A stretch of DNA of 64,000 bases from Rhizophagus irregularis (lineage: Eukaryota). The stretch is taken from positions 1,674,001-1,738,000 of the forward strand of contig NC_089435.1 of the NCBI RefSeq assembly GCF_026210795.1, written 5' to 3'. Under the pieces are notes generated by a model that saw only the letters and a program-made list of their open reading frames with translations, searched no databases and had not been told where the DNA came from. The first letter of the stretch is position 1. Each line of letters opens with the position of its first letter. Shown here piece after piece: positions 61,522 through 64,000 of the stretch. The position numbers were made by a program, and so were the translations under genes.

Positions 61522-64000
61522 TGTAAACGGTCGAATATCAAGCATGAGAATATGATAAAATTCAATCACCAAATGTAATTGTCAAATATTAAGAACGAAC
61601 AAACTAATTATGAATTGGCGTGGATGGATAAATAATTAGCCAAAAAGGATAAACATTTAGAAAGAGTAATGATCTGCATGATGTAATATTTATTGAATGA
61701 TTGACAAAGAACCAATAGGATAAATAGAGTCGATCAATTGGGGCTTAGCAATCTTTAACAATAAGAACGATAAGAAAGAATAATTATAAGCCACAAAAGA
61801 TAGATTATAAGTAAAACATATAAAGCGGATTAAAAGAACATATAAAATAATGTCAGAAAGATTAAAGAACGTAAAATAATATAAAAGATAATATAAAAAG
61901 ATAATACAAAGATACTATAAAAGATAATATATATATATAAAAGATAGCATATTAAAAGATAGCGTATTTAAAATATAGATAGTATATTAGGAAGATAGTT
62001 CAAAGATAATATGTAAAAAGAACATAAAAGATAGTATATAGATAGAATAGAAAGTAGCGTAAAATTTGTATAAATAGAGAACAGAATTCAAAGTAATTCC
62101 ATAGTTCTCATCCACAGAACTCAATAAAAATATAAGTTTTATTTAATTATTTGTTAATGAAGTTTAATGTTAATTAAAGGTAATAGGTTCGCCCTAAACT
62201 TTAATTAATGTTCGCTTAATTAATTTTAATTAAACAAATGAAAATTTTAAGATGAATTAAATATATGTTTTTGAAAAGTAATAATTCGTAGCGAGAGCTA
62301 TCGAAGTTTGAAATTAAAGGTAAAAGTGGATATAATTTGGGGAAAATTTAGAGAAGTTAATTTTATTTTATATCGTTCAACGTTTTATATTACTAACGCT
62401 ATTTATTTTGTGAACCAAGAATGTTGTTGTATGTTGTTCGTTAATTTTGTTGTTTGTTAATTATGTTGTTGAGTAATCGCTTGTTCGTTTATTTGTTTGT
62501 TTGTTTGTTTGTTTGTTTGTTTGTTTGTTTGTTCGTTCGACCATGAGAAAGCCCGTTCGATGTGGTAACTCTGTAAATTGATGACAGGGGGAATTGGGAG
62601 ATCTCATATGGTGCATGCTCGCAAGAAAGGAAATGATCATCATCACATGATTATTATTATAATGAATATGAAAATTTAATTTCGTTAGTAAGTCACTGAT
62701 AGGTATTATTAATCAATATTTTATTTTAGAATTTATTTTTAGATTTCAGGTTTTGACGAGTTCAAAAGGAACCAATAAATCAATGAGGATTTAACGTGTT
62801 AAAAACTTGAAAAGGTGAAAGATTGGGGTTTGAAGTTGTGCAAGTAATCATTTAATCGATAGAAAGCACAAGAATATTTCTTTCGGGAATAAAGTACCTG
62901 AGAAATTTCATAAGGAGATGGGGAAGCGAAAGATGAATTTTAGAATAAAGATTAATAATGGGAGAACACCAATGTATTATCTGGGGTTCATCTGTGTGGT
63001 ATGGGTTATCTCTGAGTTTGAATTTTGGATAAATGCTCGAGATTGGAAAACTTTTATTCTTCGACATTAAAGATTATAACGTATGGGTTACATCAAATCT
63101 GGATACCCAGCTCAATAATGCGCAAATTGCTTTGGGGACAGGGAATGAAAATTGTAAAGACACCTACTATCAAGAAATATTGAAAGAATAAAATAGGACA
63201 AACCTGTAAACTATCATGCTTTTACCCAATGGGAAAAAGATAGAGATAAGCCCAGTATAGGTCCACCAATTTGAGGAAAGATAAGTTGGTTTAGATGAGT
63301 TTTATGGATAGCTGATGACTTTTGAAACTGGATTTTGGAAGGTTAGATTCACCCGTTAAGAGACGAGTCGGCCAACGAAGGAGGAGAAGACGGATACGTT
63401 GTATTGTTACAGGTCCTAGGCTACATTTCAGATGAGGGTTCCTGGTGTAGTGTGCTAGGTCACGTTCTCATTACAATGTTCTGTTAAAAGAAGATAACAT
63501 AGAAGGATATTTACACATTAACGAGCCGTATAATGAACATTACGTGCAGTATTTAATAATAGAGTAAAATCCGAAAAGAAGGACATTTATTTAAAAGAAG
63601 AACATTTGTTTGAAAAAGAATATTTATTTGAAAAGGAACATTTATTTGAAAAGAAGGATATTTATCTGAAAAGAACGACATTTTGTGTGTTATAGATTAA
63701 TTTATATAATATAGAATATATAGTAAGAAGGATTTATGTGGACGATAAGAAAGATTGAAAATTTGCAAACTTTAAAAGTTATGAAAATTTTGGAGTTTGT
63801 GATATGTGATATGTGAAATTATGAATCTCGGTGATAGAAGATAAATTTTAGAATGTGATATTATAGATCTCGGTGACAAAAGATAAACTTTGTGGAGCAG
63901 TAAAAATTAATAGTAAAATATGGCATAGTAAATATATAGAACCGAAAGATGGAATCTAAAGATTGAAAGAAGCAATCTACTTAAAGATAAAAGAATGTTT
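61522..64000 (+). mobile_element. Probable LTR retrotransposon (LTR and leader) inserted into the pPolB gene
   Basis: Abrupt start TGTAAAC exactly at the pPolB break. Candidate LTR ends TTACA at 63091 or 63475. No gag/pol visible in the window. Confidence 0.5.
62482..62537. repeat. (TTTG)n microsatellite
   Basis: Directly visible. Confidence 0.9.

Overview
Very AT-rich, intron-rich eukaryotic DNA whose gene families (tyrosine-kinase-like kinase, BTB-BACK-TLDc, Crypton, Polinton-type pPolB) point to an arbuscular mycorrhizal fungus (Glomeromycota, Rhizophagus-like; inferred). The window is mostly transposons and decayed genes: Helitrons, hAT and Mutator-like MITEs, a CACTA-like element, an intact Crypton recombinase, RT-less retroposons, a truncated pPolB and a probable LTR. 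The standout is the ~100-bp 'satellite' at 43.2-48.0 kb. On the minus strand every unit is a GT..branch point..AG intron, and units are separated by exactly three variable bases. This gives 48 three-nucleotide microexons plus one single-nucleotide exon, which together build a stop-free, in-frame N-terminus on a TKL kinase, a candidate codon-scale diversification system. Other highlights are a 33-aa CAAX pheromone-like ORF inside a Helitron, a second array of hairpin-containing introns inside a CACTA-like element, and two diverged RT-less protein-coding retroposons. All calls were read by eye; no database searches were run.
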